This document shows positions 7,489-17,584 of a stretch of 34,424 nucleotides of DNA, in pieces (the first letter of the stretch is position 1; each line of letters begins with the position of its first letter). The DNA comes from a virus. Its lineage: Duplodnaviria > Caudoviricetes. The stretch spans positions 1 to 34,424 of the IMG/VR virus record IMGVR_UViG_3300032332_000273. One strand, 5' to 3'. A program made the position numbers and the translations under genes. The notes beneath the pieces are model-generated. The model searched no databases. It saw only the letters and a list, made by a program, of their open reading frames with translations, and was not told the origin of the DNA.

Positions 7489-9851
7489 TACTTAGCCCCT
7501 TTTAGTGCTTCAACCTCTGCTTTCAATTCTTTGATCGCCGCAATCAGTAGTGGGACTAACCGTTCATACCGTACTGTTAGGTACTTATCATCAATCGGTG
7601 CAGGTGCCACTACTTCAGGCATTACCGCTTGAACCTGTTGGGCAGAGATACCAACTTCACGAACAGACGTATACCCCAGACCCTGCGCCACTTCGTTAGC
7701 TTCGTAATAAAAAGCGTCTAGTGTTGCAACTTTGTTCAATGCGCTTTGCACATTCCCCAATCGGGTCTTTAGACGATCATCTGAATAGTAAGCCGTGACG
7801 TTGTTAGTTGCCCGGATTTCACCGGCTGTGCCAGTTGCTGCCGTCCCGACGCCAATTGAGTTGAACTGTGAGTTCTGCGATGTACTTGTAAAAGTTGCCG
7901 CCGACCCTGTGGTGTTTTGGTTAAGCGTAGGGAATGTGCAGTTTGCTAAGTTTCCAGAAGTTGGAGTTCCAAGTAATGGAGTAACAAGAGTTGGACTTGT
8001 AGAAAGAACAACTGAACCACTGCCTGTTGAACTTGTAACTCCAGTGCCCCCACTACCCACTGCAAGAGTTGCAGATAAACCACCAGCAGTTCCCGTGGTG
8101 TTCTGGTTAAGCGTGGGTATGTCAGCCGCAACAAGCGCCCGGAACGATGGAACGCCCGTTGTCGCGTTTGGAGAAGCTAAAACATAGTTAGCCGTTTTGG
8201 CTGCATATGGATTCTGTGTGTCACCATACCCAGAACTAAGACTAATAACCGGCGACGCCCCGCCAGTAGAGGCAACAGGAGAAGAGCCTGTAACTGAAGT
8301 AACTGTTCCGCTGCCGCCACCTGACGCGGCAATTGTTATTCCACCAGCACTATTGGTGATTGTTATATTGGTCCCAGCGGTCAGAGTTGCTTTTGTTAGT
8401 GTATTGCCTGTGCTATTTCCAATCAGCAACTGACCGTCAGTGTATGTTGTTTGCCCGGTGCCGCCACTTGATACCGCTAAAGTTGACGATAAGCCAGCAG
8501 CAGTCCCGCTTGTGTTTTGGTTTAATGTCGGGAATGTGCAGTTAGCTAAGTTCCCAGAAGTTGGAGTTCCCAGAAGCGGCGTGACAAGCGTTGGGCTAGT
8601 AGAAAGGACAACCGAACCCGAGCCAGTAGATGTTGTAACTCCGGTTCCACCTTTATTTACCGCAAGAGTGGCAGACAGTCCAGCAGCGGTCCCGCTTGTG
8701 TTTTGGTTCAGGGTTGGGAATGTACAGTTAGCTAAGTTCCCCGAACTTGGGGTTCCTAGTGCTGGCGTAACCAAACTGGGGCTAGTAGAAAGAACAACCG
8801 AACCCGAACCAGTAGATGTGGTTACGCCTGTACCGCCGCTGGCAACAGCCAGAGTTGACGACAGTCCCGCTGCAGTCCCAGTTGTATTTTGATTAAGCGT
8901 TGGGAATGTGCAGTTTGCAAGGTTTCCACTAGTCGGAGTTCCCAGAAGAGGCGTGACAAGCGTTGGGCTAGTAGAGAGAACAACCGAACCAGACCCTGTT
9001 GATGTTGTTACACCTGTTCCACCACTTGCTACTGCAAGCGTTGATGACAAACCAGCGGCGGTTCCGGTAGTGTTTTGGTTTAGTGTTGGGAATGTGCAGT
9101 TTGCAAGATTGCCTGATGTTGGTGTGCCGAGTATGGGTGATACAAGTGTGGGGCTGGTGGCGAACACCAAGGAACCTGAACCCGTCTCATCTGTAACCGT
9201 AGCAGCTAGATTTGCGCTAGTTGGGGTTCCTAAAAACGTAGCTACTCCCGTACCAAGCCCCGAAACACCAGTAGATACAGGCAATCCGGTAGCATTAGTA
9301 AGAGTAACACTGCTAGGGGTCCCAAGCGCAGGTGTTACGAGCGTTGGGCTAGTAGAAAGAACAACCGAACCAGATCCCGTTGATGTTGTAACACCAGTTC
9401 CACCGTTAAGTACTGGCAAAATACCGGAAGTTATTACCGAGGCTGATGTAGATGCGGCCTTGATAAAGTCTGAGCCATTCCATGCCATCACCGCTTTTTC
9501 ACTAGCGCTAATCGTAACTGCCGTCCCGCCAAGCCCCTTAAAAGAAAACGTGTATGTACCGGACAAGTTATTAACCACGTAAACTTGACTGGCAAAAGGG
9601 ACAGTTAACGTGAATCCGTTTGCGCTTGGGGTTACGTTTAGAATGGCGTACTGGGACGATGCCCCGGTAAGGCTTGCGTTTGTCTGTTTGGTTAGCGCTG
9701 TGTCCGCCGACAAAGCAATCGCGTTTGATCCCGCGACCGCCGAATCAAGATACGTCGTGATGTAGTTGTTTACTGTGTCGCCCCAAACACCAGACAACTC
9801 ACCTTGAACCGGGAGCGCAAGACCTAGAAGAGATGTGTATGAAGTTGCCAT
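7488..9851 (-). CDS. Tail fibre with C-terminal intramolecular chaperone (peptidase S74) domain
   Basis: 787 aa, Thr/Ser/Gly-rich repeats. The C-terminus YSDDRLK...VGISAQQVQAVMPEVV...YLTVRYERLVPLLIAAIKEL is the auto-cleaving chaperone signature. Confidence 0.9.
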   Translation of the reverse strand: MATSYTSLLGLALPVQGELSGVWGDTVNNYITTYLDSAVAGSNAIALSADTALTKQTNASLTGASSQYAILNVTPSANGFTLTVPFASQVYVVNNLSGTYTFSFKGLGGTAVTISASEKAVMAWNGSDFIKAASTSASVITSGILPVLNGGTGVTTSTGSGSVVLSTSPTLVTPALGTPSSVTLTNATGLPVSTGVSGLGTGVATFLGTPTSANLAATVTDETGSGSLVFATSPTLVSPILGTPTSGNLANCTFPTLNQNTTGTAAGLSSTLAVASGGTGVTTSTGSGSVVLSTSPTLVTPLLGTPTSGNLANCTFPTLNQNTTGTAAGLSSTLAVASGGTGVTTSTGSGSVVLSTSPSLVTPALGTPSSGNLANCTFPTLNQNTSGTAAGLSATLAVNKGGTGVTTSTGSGSVVLSTSPTLVTPLLGTPTSGNLANCTFPTLNQNTSGTAAGLSSTLAVSSGGTGQTTYTDGQLLIGNSTGNTLTKATLTAGTNITITNSAGGITIAASGGGSGTVTSVTGSSPVASTGGASPVISLSSGYGDTQNPYAAKTANYVLASPNATTGVPSFRALVAADIPTLNQNTTGTAGGLSATLAVGSGGTGVTSSTGSGSVVLSTSPTLVTPLLGTPTSGNLANCTFPTLNQNTTGSAATFTSTSQNSQFNSIGVGTAATGTAGEIRATNNVTAYYSDDRLKTRLGNVQSALNKVATLDAFYYEANEVAQGLGYTSVREVGISAQQVQAVMPEVVAPAPIDDKYLTVRYERLVPLLIAAIKELKAEVEALKGAK
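8480..9160 (-). repeat. 186-nt (62-aa) tandem repeat in the tail fibre
   Basis: Unit TLAVASGGTGVTTSTGSGSVVLSTSPTLVTPLLGTPTSGNLANCTFPTLNQNTTGTAAGLSS. The anchor gggaatgt[ga]cag recurs at about 8530, 8716, 8902 and 9088, with a dispersed copy near 7930. Confidence 0.9.
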
Positions 9852-9860
9852 GTCTGTCCT

Positions 9861-12800
9861 TTACTGTGTTGGAATGTCGATCCAGTTCAGCGTTTGTGTG
9901 TTATCAATCGGTTCCCACAGAAATCTAGCACTTAGTGCAGTAGCCCCGGTCGCCGCTTCTGTAATGGTGATGTTAAATATACCAGTGTTGGATTCCTGAT
10001 CCAGACCAGACGCCGCTTCAGTAACTGCAATATTGAATGTTCCAGTAGTCCCAAGAGCTTCCAACGCGGATGCTGCTTCGTTGATGATGGTGGTTATAAT
10101 TGCTTGGGAAACAAGGCTTTCTACTCCAGATGCCGCCTCGTTAACAACAAGGTCAAACGTAAGCTGTGCGCTTTGATCATCTAAACCAGATGCCGCCTCG
10201 GAAACGGCGTTGTTAGTAGTGGCAATTGAAAGTACAGAATCTTGTCCTGATGCCGATTCTGAAACAACAATGTTAAATGTTCCGGTTATGTTTGTATCAT
10301 CTATACCGGACGCCAACTCGGAAACTGCAAGAGTAAACGTGGCAATTGCAGTTCCCGTTTCTGCCCCAGAAGCAGCTTCCGCAACAGCCGCCAACATGCT
10401 GTTAAGGCCCAAAGGCTCATCAAGACCCGATGCTGTTTCAGAAACACTAATACTAAAACTGCCGGATGGAAATACTTCTTCTAGCCCAGATGCCGCTTCC
10501 AGAATGGTGATATTAAACGTGCCAATTACGGATGGGGTATCCAATCCCGATGCAGCTTCAACCACAGAAGCGTTAAAAGCAAACCCACCAATAATTGACT
10601 CAACACCCGATGCTGCTTCAGCGATTGAAGCAGAAAACAATAAAGTTGCCGATACGGTATCAGCGCCAGAACCCGTTTCTAAAGTTACCGATACAACTAA
10701 AACAGGAAAAAGAAAACCTAACGAACCGTTGTTTACTGAGTTGTATCCAGCAGACCAACTATTGATTGGATAAGCGCGTACGTTTGTGACGTTTAAATAA
10801 TCTACGCTGGGATTAGTTGCTCCAGTCAACACTAAAATGCCGGGGCTTGATGCCGATGTGCCTTGAAGAGTTAACAATTTACTCGCAGCGCCAGTTCCGG
10901 TGAATTGAGAAACGGTTTGTGTGGTTGAACCAAAAATTATGGTTGATGCACCAGTTGCACTGTAAGTGTTGGTAATGTCTTTAAATGTGTTGTTTCCACT
11001 GATAGTTAGTGTTCCAGCACCGCCTTGATTAAGAGTGGTCCCTGAGTAAGAGATGTCGCCACCCGCAAAAGTTTTTGCTGATGCATTAGTCAAACTTATT
11101 TGACCTGTGCCTGTAACGGTAAAATTTGTAGCGGGGTTAACATCCCAAGAAGTTGATCCAGATATTGTCCAAACACTCCCCGACCCAAAATTAATTCCCC
11201 TGACATTTGTGTTACCAGAAGCAAAATACGCACTTGTACCGCCAGTAATACCTACAGAATACCCGTTTGAGTTAAACGTCCCATTCCCAAGACCAATACC
11301 CGCTCCGTTGAAATTTGAAACAAACGCATCTTGTAAAATAACAGACCCGCCCGGAGTATTGATAGTAATTGGCTGTGGAAAAGTTTTGCCAGCACTTGTA
11401 ATTGTTTGACTTCCACGCCCCGCAAACGTCAGTGTTGATGAATTCAACAGCGTGGTGCCTGTTCCATTGATCCAGTTGCCGTAAATTGAGCTGCTTGACG
11501 TAGTTGATAACGTCATCGTGTTGCTGGTACGGGCACTCATGTCTATGGTGCCAATGTTCCAAGCAGCGTTGATTGTGACTGTAGCTGCTGAATTTAAACC
11601 AGTGGCTTCAAAAATTGCGGCGTCTTGAGCAAGAGGAAAATTGTTTACATTAACTGCGCCGCCACTTGTTAACGCCCAAGCCGTGTCGGACCAATTTCCT
11701 CCGGTAAAAAGATTCCAATAAACAGTTTTAGCGCCGGGGAACGTAATGCCGCTGTTGCCTTTTAGGTCACCAAATCTTGTGCCGCTGATTGGTGCTGCTG
11801 CTCCCGTGACAGCGATGTCTCGAAAGTCCCAGTCAGTTGCCCCCGCAGTAAATGTTCCAATTGTTAATGTTCGCGTTGTTCCGACGGTATCTGATTTTAA
11901 AATATTTCTATATGTCGCGTTAGTGCTTGCAGGAAGCGTGAGCGTTGTACAAGTTAAATTCCCATATAAATTATATGTTTGAATTCCGACTGAAGTAGTA
12001 TTGGCTGCAAGATAAATTGTATTTGCCGTTAACGAAGCATTAATATTTGGCAAACCAGTTGTAGCGGCAGTAAACGAAATATTATATAAATCAAACGCGC
12101 CATTGTTGTTTCCCTGTGCGTCAAAAACAGAAATACTAGAACTAGCTCCCGGCAAACTAATTGTTGACGTTCCTTTGTTAAAAGTAAGGTTTAAAGTTCT
12201 AAAGCTAAAATAAGCAGATAAGACAGTGCTAGATCCAAATGATACCGTTTTTATATTTTCATCAGCAAACCCAAACGTAGAACTAGCATTTCCCGTAAGA
12301 TTATAATTTGCCGTATCAAATGAACCTTTACTAACCGAAATATTGTTAGAAGTTGTCAAAGCACTGCCAAGCGTCCATCCACAGCCAACCCCATTTATAT
12401 TTAAACTTCCTCCAAGTCCTACGCCGTTTGTTGTAATTGTTTTTCCTGTTGAACTACCGGAAAAAGTAAGCGTTCCTGTATAAGATCGTGTTAGTCCAGT
12501 TGCAGGGAGCGTAAAGTTTCCATGCACAGCTAACGGTGCAGAGCCAGCCCAAGTGACGTTGCCAGTCAAGGGTCCTGAGAATGTTATAGCCCCACAACGT
12601 AAAACAGTAGCTGTGCAAGTTACCGTATACGCGGTTGCATTAGACAACGAGTCAAAAATGACCGTATCCGCAGAAGTGGGTGCAGAAGCTCCGCCAGCAC
12701 CACCAGATGTAGCAGACCAGTTAGTTGTGCTTGCTGCATTCCAAGTTCCAGAACCACCTACCCAATATCTAGTAACAGCGGCGGGAGCAGCGGTCAGGAT

Positions 12801-15800
12801 AGCGTTAGTACCACCAGTGGAGTTGGCTCCAGCATAGAACTCGCCGGGGCTTGTGGCGCTGATTGTGGTAGTTCCAAGCGCAAGGTAATCAACGCCCGAT
12901 ACCCGTGCTCCTGCAATAGTGAGGGTTGCTGTTCCAGAGATTGTGACTACGTTACCTACTGTTCCTGAAACAGTCCATGCGCCATATGTTGGAGTAATTC
13001 CTGAAGGTAAATTAATTGTATGTGCAACAGTTTTAGTGCTGGCAAGTTCTGAAAATGTGTCGCTATTATTAAACGTAGTTGTTGATGTGCTTGTTGCACC
13101 ACCAATTGTAATTTTGTTATATACTTTGTTGGCACCACCAAATGTACGAGCATTTGTAGTGTTGTCTGACAGTACGATATTGGCTGTTCCGCAATATATA
13201 GTAGCGCCGCTTGCAGTCCATACGGTTCCATAAGAAGTCAAAGTCCATGTGCCGGAACCCATTCTTACTGTGCCCGAAATGGTAGCACCCAACAAAGTTA
13301 CGTTGTAAGAAACTGCGTCAAAAGTGCCGGTGCTAACATTTAAATCGTATGCATTTAAAGCATCTGCAAGTTGAAGAGTGCCATTAAATGAAACAATGCT
13401 AATTCCTAAATTAGTTGGAAACGTAATTCCATTACTTGTAAGAGTTTGAGTTCCGCGTTTTGCAAAATTCAATCTTCCGCCAATAGAAGAAAAAGTCAAA
13501 CCAGTCCCCGAAGTCCAATTTCCGTGACATACTGGGGTATTAGTTGACCATGCCAAATTCATTGCACTTGTTCGTGCGCTTGCGTTAAATGTACCAATGT
13601 TCCAGCCAACATTAAAAGTAACTGTTCCTGCGCTCCCTGTGTTGTCAAACACAGCAGTGTCTTGCGCTAATGGAAATTGATTGATGTCGGGCGTTCCGCC
13701 AGAAGAAGGACACCAGCCCGTAGCACTCCAGTTTTGAGTACCTGCAAGGTTCCAATAAACCGTTTTGCTGGTAAACGTAATGCCTGAGTTTCCACCGCAA
13801 TCCCCTGCGCGGGTTGGCGAAGAGCCAGCAGCAGCCCCGGCAATTGTTATATCGCGGAAGTCGCAATCCGTGGCAGATAACGAGTTGACTGTTAGTGTGC
13901 GAGTAGTGCCAAGAGTGTTAGATTGAACAAAAATTCGGCGTACCGCTGTAGCACCGGCAACGGTAAGGGTACCGTTGATGGTTTGATTTGCGCTAAAAGT
14001 AAAATTTACAATCCCTGTTGTACTTGGCGCTGGTAGTGTTAAATTGTTAAATGTGTTGGCCCCAGTTATACTAAAAATAGAACCCGCGTTTATAGATCCA
14101 ACAGTAATATTATAATAAGTAAGTCCTGAACCAATAAAACCAGTCGTAGTGCTAGTTGAAGTAATTGTTGAAGTACCAGCATTAAAAGTTAAATTTGTAT
14201 TAGTACCAAAATCAACTGGAGTGCTACTTGTTGAGGAAATTGTGCTTGATCCAAGTGTAATTGTTCTTACATTAGTAGTGCTAGACTGTAATTGTCCTAA
14301 AGTTACAGCATAATTTTTAGTATCAAAAGTGCCATTAAGAACAGCAATTGAATAAACAAAAAGATTTATTGCATCGCCAAGTTGTACTGTACCACCATAA
14401 GAATCTATAGTAATTGATTGAGAAAAAGTTTTTCCGGCGCTTGTAATTGTTTGCGTGTTGCGCCCAGAAAATGTTATTCCACTACTACCGCCAATTGTTG
14501 TGCCAGAACCGTTTGTCCAATTGCCGTAAACATTTTTAGATCCAGACACAGTAAATGTCATTGCGTTTGTTCGCGTTGACATACTGATACTACCTGCATA
14601 CGGTATCAAAGCGTCGAAAGTAACAGTGGCGCTTGTATTAAGCCCAGTGTCCTCAATGATTGCTGTATCTTGCGCTAACGGAAAATTAGCTGTGTTTGCC
14701 GCTCCGCCAGATGTTGCGGCCCAAGAATTAGCAGACCAGTTGCCGCCTCCTGTTGCGACCCAATATACAGTTTTGGCTGCGCTAAACGTGATCCCATCGC
14801 ACCCGCGCAAATTACCAATACGGGTTCCGCTAATAGGTGAAGCATTACCAATGACGTAAAGGTCACGAAAGTCTGCATCCGTCAAGCTCGGGGTGCCATT
14901 AATAGTAAGCGTTTGTGCAATACCATAATTAGCCGATTGAAACCAAACACGGCGGTTTCCTGCTGTGCCCGTGGTGGACAAAGTGCCGTTAATGGTTTGT
15001 TTTGAGTCAAACGTGAATGTTCTAACGCCCGCTGATGAAGGTGCTGCAACTGTTATGTTGTTAAATGTATTTATGCCTGAAATACTGTGCGTGCTGTTAG
15101 TGGCACTTGTATCAGTAAAAGAAACATTATAAAATGTTACCCCAGTGCTTCCTCCGCTAACTCCTAAGGCAGTGCCTGATAATATAAATGTAGAAGTACC
15201 CGCATTAAATGTTAAGTTAGTATTTGTTGCAAAATTTATAGGTGTACCAGTAGTACTAAGCGTTATAGTGCTGGCACCAAGATTAATAGCTCTTACATTT
15301 GAATTAGTTGAAAGAAGTGATGTTGCTGTTACAGCATAACCGTTGGTATTAACAGTGCCTTGGTCAACAGTAATACTGCTTGTAATATTTAATGCGTCTT
15401 GCAAAGAAAATGTTGGTGTACCGCCGCTAGTTCCAAAACGTACAGAGCAGGGTAGTGTTTTCCCGTTGGTTGTAACTGTGAACGCTCCGGCTGTTGCACG
15501 AAACTGGAGTTCAGCAGAACAAGAATAGGTCATTCCTGACACTATTAATAAACTTCCCCAAATACTAAGAGTGCCGCCCCCGGCAAATGTGCCGGTAAAC
15601 CCTGTAAATGTAAGGTTTTGAGAAAAAACAGTAACGCCGCCAACGGTTACTGTTCCTGCGCCAGAGGCAGCATCAAAGAATACGTCATCAGATAACGTAG
15701 GCACGCTGGCACCACTGGTTCCGCCGGATGTTGCAGACCAGTTGGTTGTGGTTGAAGAGTCCCAAGTGCCAGAACCACCAACCCAGTACCGATTCGCCAT
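9861..15800 (-). CDS. Giant repeat adhesin-like virion protein (1979 aa; predicted beta-solenoid modules plus C-terminal 20-aa repeat stalk)
   Basis: Five modules of about 330-350 aa each begin YW(V/N)...W...W..[TS]SGG and contain F.G...QT[IL]TS.G.T[FL]-like motifs. Very Thr/Gly/Ser/Asn-rich. Located in the tail module. Confidence 0.75.
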   Translation of the reverse strand: MANRYWVGGSGTWDSSTTTNWSATSGGTSGASVPTLSDDVFFDAASGAGTVTVGGVTVFSQNLTFTGFTGTFAGGGTLSIWGSLLIVSGMTYSCSAELQFRATAGAFTVTTNGKTLPCSVRFGTSGGTPTFSLQDALNITSSITVDQGTVNTNGYAVTATSLLSTNSNVRAINLGASTITLSTTGTPINFATNTNLTFNAGTSTFILSGTALGVSGGSTGVTFYNVSFTDTSATNSTHSISGINTFNNITVAAPSSAGVRTFTFDSKQTINGTLSTTGTAGNRRVWFQSANYGIAQTLTINGTPSLTDADFRDLYVIGNASPISGTRIGNLRGCDGITFSAAKTVYWVATGGGNWSANSWAATSGGAANTANFPLAQDTAIIEDTGLNTSATVTFDALIPYAGSISMSTRTNAMTFTVSGSKNVYGNWTNGSGTTIGGSSGITFSGRNTQTITSAGKTFSQSITIDSYGGTVQLGDAINLFVYSIAVLNGTFDTKNYAVTLGQLQSSTTNVRTITLGSSTISSTSSTPVDFGTNTNLTFNAGTSTITSTSTTTGFIGSGLTYYNITVGSINAGSIFSITGANTFNNLTLPAPSTTGIVNFTFSANQTINGTLTVAGATAVRRIFVQSNTLGTTRTLTVNSLSATDCDFRDITIAGAAAGSSPTRAGDCGGNSGITFTSKTVYWNLAGTQNWSATGWCPSSGGTPDINQFPLAQDTAVFDNTGSAGTVTFNVGWNIGTFNASARTSAMNLAWSTNTPVCHGNWTSGTGLTFSSIGGRLNFAKRGTQTLTSNGITFPTNLGISIVSFNGTLQLADALNAYDLNVSTGTFDAVSYNVTLLGATISGTVRMGSGTWTLTSYGTVWTASGATIYCGTANIVLSDNTTNARTFGGANKVYNKITIGGATSTSTTTFNNSDTFSELASTKTVAHTINLPSGITPTYGAWTVSGTVGNVVTISGTATLTIAGARVSGVDYLALGTTTISATSPGEFYAGANSTGGTNAILTAAPAAVTRYWVGGSGTWNAASTTNWSATSGGAGGASAPTSADTVIFDSLSNATAYTVTCTATVLRCGAITFSGPLTGNVTWAGSAPLAVHGNFTLPATGLTRSYTGTLTFSGSSTGKTITTNGVGLGGSLNINGVGCGWTLGSALTTSNNISVSKGSFDTANYNLTGNASSTFGFADENIKTVSFGSSTVLSAYFSFRTLNLTFNKGTSTISLPGASSSISVFDAQGNNNGAFDLYNISFTAATTGLPNINASLTANTIYLAANTTSVGIQTYNLYGNLTCTTLTLPASTNATYRNILKSDTVGTTRTLTIGTFTAGATDWDFRDIAVTGAAAPISGTRFGDLKGNSGITFPGAKTVYWNLFTGGNWSDTAWALTSGGAVNVNNFPLAQDAAIFEATGLNSAATVTINAAWNIGTIDMSARTSNTMTLSTTSSSSIYGNWINGTGTTLLNSSTLTFAGRGSQTITSAGKTFPQPITINTPGGSVILQDAFVSNFNGAGIGLGNGTFNSNGYSVGITGGTSAYFASGNTNVRGINFGSGSVWTISGSTSWDVNPATNFTVTGTGQISLTNASAKTFAGGDISYSGTTLNQGGAGTLTISGNNTFKDITNTYSATGASTIIFGSTTQTVSQFTGTGAASKLLTLQGTSASSPGILVLTGATNPSVDYLNVTNVRAYPINSWSAGYNSVNNGSLGFLFPVLVVSVTLETGSGADTVSATLLFSASIAEAASGVESIIGGFAFNASVVEAASGLDTPSVIGTFNITILEAASGLEEVFPSGSFSISVSETASGLDEPLGLNSMLAAVAEAASGAETGTAIATFTLAVSELASGIDDTNITGTFNIVVSESASGQDSVLSIATTNNAVSEAASGLDDQSAQLTFDLVVNEAASGVESLVSQAIITTIINEAASALEALGTTGTFNIAVTEAASGLDQESNTGIFNITITEAATGATALSARFLWEPIDNTQTLNWIDIPTQ
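9916..10700 (-). repeat. 13 x 60-nt (20-aa) repeat, consensus approximately N-I-x-V-x-E-A-A-S-G-L-D-x6-T-F
   Basis: The EAASG motif recurs every 20 aa. At DNA level g(c/t)gc(t/c)tc-like words line up at the end of each 60-nt line from about 9950 to 10680. Confidence 0.9.
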
Positions 15801-15803
15801 TCT

Positions 15804-15974
15804 TTACTCCGGCGGAGTTTCTACGGGCGTTGGATTGACAATAGCCAGCCAGTTGTTTAACCGCTGTTGCTTCATTGCTTCAATCTCGGCGTCAGACGGA
15901 ATAACGTCATCATAAAAATGCAACGCATCCCGAAAGACGCCGTAGGGCGTGTCAAATTCAAAGTCAATCTTCAT
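15804..15974 (-). CDS. Small hypothetical protein (56 aa) directly upstream of the giant adhesin
   Basis: Below the track cutoff. MKIDFEFDTPYGVFRDALHFYDDVIPSDAEIEAMKQQRLNNWLAIVNPTPVETPPE*. It fills the gap between 15800 and 15979, and its last codons supply the GGAG RBS of the next gene. Confidence 0.8.
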   Translation of the reverse strand: MKIDFEFDTPYGVFRDALHFYDDVIPSDAEIEAMKQQRLNNWLAIVNPTPVETPPE

Positions 15975-15978
15975 GGGA

Positions 15979-16494
15979 TCAGGTCGCGGTTAGGCTGAAC
16001 GTGTAGGTCACATTAAGCGTGTCGCCGTTAACAACGGTACGATCACCACCAGTAAAGTCAGAACCAGAGAACAATGTTCCAGCCGTACCAGACTTTGCAC
16101 TGCCGCTAGTCAAGAACGCTCCAGCAACCGTGCCGCCAGCGTTGATTGAGAACACAGCAACTGATGCCGAGTTTGTCACAACCGAAGGGTTTGCGCTCGT
16201 TGCAGTAACAAACGTAGGAGCTACACGGGTAGATTGGCTATAACCCGTAAACTCTGTCCACCCACCGTGGCTAGCCATTGTGTCACCAGCGACAAATGTA
16301 GTTCCCGATCCCGGTCCGGTAACAAGACCAATATACCAAGCTGTGATTTGGGTAACGCTAGTGAGCGCCGTTCCAGCCATGTACTGAATGCCAGCATTAA
16401 CAACCAAGTTGTTATTACCTTCTTCCCATTTTAAGTCGCCGTTCTCATCGTAACAAAGAACGTGGAATCGACCAGAAGCAGATAGTTTTTCCAT
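15979..16494 (-). CDS. Virion structural protein (tail/collar-associated)
   Basis: 171 aa, beta-rich (NLVVNAG, WYIGL, GDTLNVTYTFSL). Position in the tail module. Confidence 0.55.
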   Translation of the reverse strand: MEKLSASGRFHVLCYDENGDLKWEEGNNNLVVNAGIQYMAGTALTSVTQITAWYIGLVTGPGSGTTFVAGDTMASHGGWTEFTGYSQSTRVAPTFVTATSANPSVVTNSASVAVFSINAGGTVAGAFLTSGSAKSGTAGTLFSGSDFTGGDRTVVNGDTLNVTYTFSLTAT

Positions 16495-16496
16495 GA

Positions 16497-16934
16497 TTAT
16501 GCGATCCTAATAATTGCCGAAGTGTTAGTGACGGCGGGGAATTGAACAGTAAAAGTATTGGCCGAAGTTTTATCCGCACCAAAATCCAAAACACAAATCG
16601 CGGGGTTTGTGACCCCATCGTACTTGTAAATCAACGCCCCCCGCGCAGTAACCGCAGTAGACCAGACGGCGTTATTGAATGACCAGTATGAAGTTGTGCC
16701 GGAATTACCCACAGTAGGAACTTGGCTAATAACAAGTATCTGCCCTCCCGCAGTATACCCAGAAGCAGAAACTTCGCCTGTTGAATTATAGCCCGTGGTA
16801 GTTGCGTCTAGTGTGGCGGAATTTGTGTACAAGGCAATCTTGTACACGTCCGTTGTACCCGTATTGAAGTTGAACGTCCCACTAGGAAGCCCCGTCTTAA
16901 ACGTGTTAGTCGTCCAATTACCGGTAAAAGCCAT
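16497..16934 (-). CDS. Virion structural protein (tail/collar-associated)
   Basis: 145 aa. YKIALYT...GYTAGG...ARGALIY...VLDFGADKT...FTVQFP pattern seen in phage tail-region proteins. Confidence 0.55.
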   Translation of the reverse strand: MAFTGNWTTNTFKTGLPSGTFNFNTGTTDVYKIALYTNSATLDATTTGYNSTGEVSASGYTAGGQILVISQVPTVGNSGTTSYWSFNNAVWSTAVTARGALIYKYDGVTNPAICVLDFGADKTSANTFTVQFPAVTNTSAIIRIA

Positions 16935-17584
16935 CAGGTCACCGGCTGTCTATATTGGCCCGAACGGTACGCATCTTGACGCTCAAGACCGTCGCCCAGA
17001 CGTTTGGCAAGAGTAAGGGCTTCTTTGTACTTGCCGTCGTACAACGCCATCATGTCCTGCTCGCCTTTCATGTAGGTGTATGCTTCAACAATTGTGCCGT
17101 ACAGCAACACCGTATCAAAGTTATCACCCAACCAAGTAGTGCTTGCTGTGACAATTGATTCTGGATAATAAAAGTAGTGCAGTTCTACGTTATATACGGC
17201 GTCCGGGGTCGGGCCAAGTATAAAAGTTAGCTCTGTCGGAATTCCACTTTGTGGGCCAAACAGCGCATAGTACTTTGGCGTAGCCGTATCCGTTGGTTGT
17301 GGGTACGCTTCGCGGATGAAGTTAACGTCTTTGTTCAGCAAGTAGCTGTATTCACCGCCAGTTGTATACACCGCCATCGAGTACACAGAAAGAAAATCCG
17401 AAGGGCACCACAAGTACTTATTCCCCGTTGCCGTCACCCCGGTCACATTTCTGCGTAGTGACGGAAACTGAATCGTGTTGTAAATGCGTTGTTCCGCCTG
17501 CTTGATGAACGTATTCATGTCCGCAGTTGGGAACGTGTTCTCCGTATAGTCGGAAACCGCAGTTACAAGCGCAGCGTAGTTCAC
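16934..17584 (-). CDS. Head-tail adaptor / tail tubular-type protein
   Basis: 216 aa, GTG start overlapping the upstream TGA. Helical N- and C-termini flank a beta core (FIKQAEQRI, PKYYA, LGPTPD..Y.VELHY, LLYG...EA), the architecture of adaptor proteins. Confidence 0.65.
   Translation of the reverse strand: MNYAALVTAVSDYTENTFPTADMNTFIKQAEQRIYNTIQFPSLRRNVTGVTATGNKYLWCPSDFLSVYSMAVYTTGGEYSYLLNKDVNFIREAYPQPTDTATPKYYALFGPQSGIPTELTFILGPTPDAVYNVELHYFYYPESIVTASTTWLGDNFDTVLLYGTIVEAYTYMKGEQDMMALYDGKYKEALTLAKRLGDGLERQDAYRSGQYRQPVT

Noticed and set aside
6049-15800. Diversity-generating retroelement acting on fibre/adhesin genes
   Set aside because: There is no reverse transcriptase in the window. The repeats found are in-frame coding repeats with synonymous differences, not an adenine-specific TR/VR pair.
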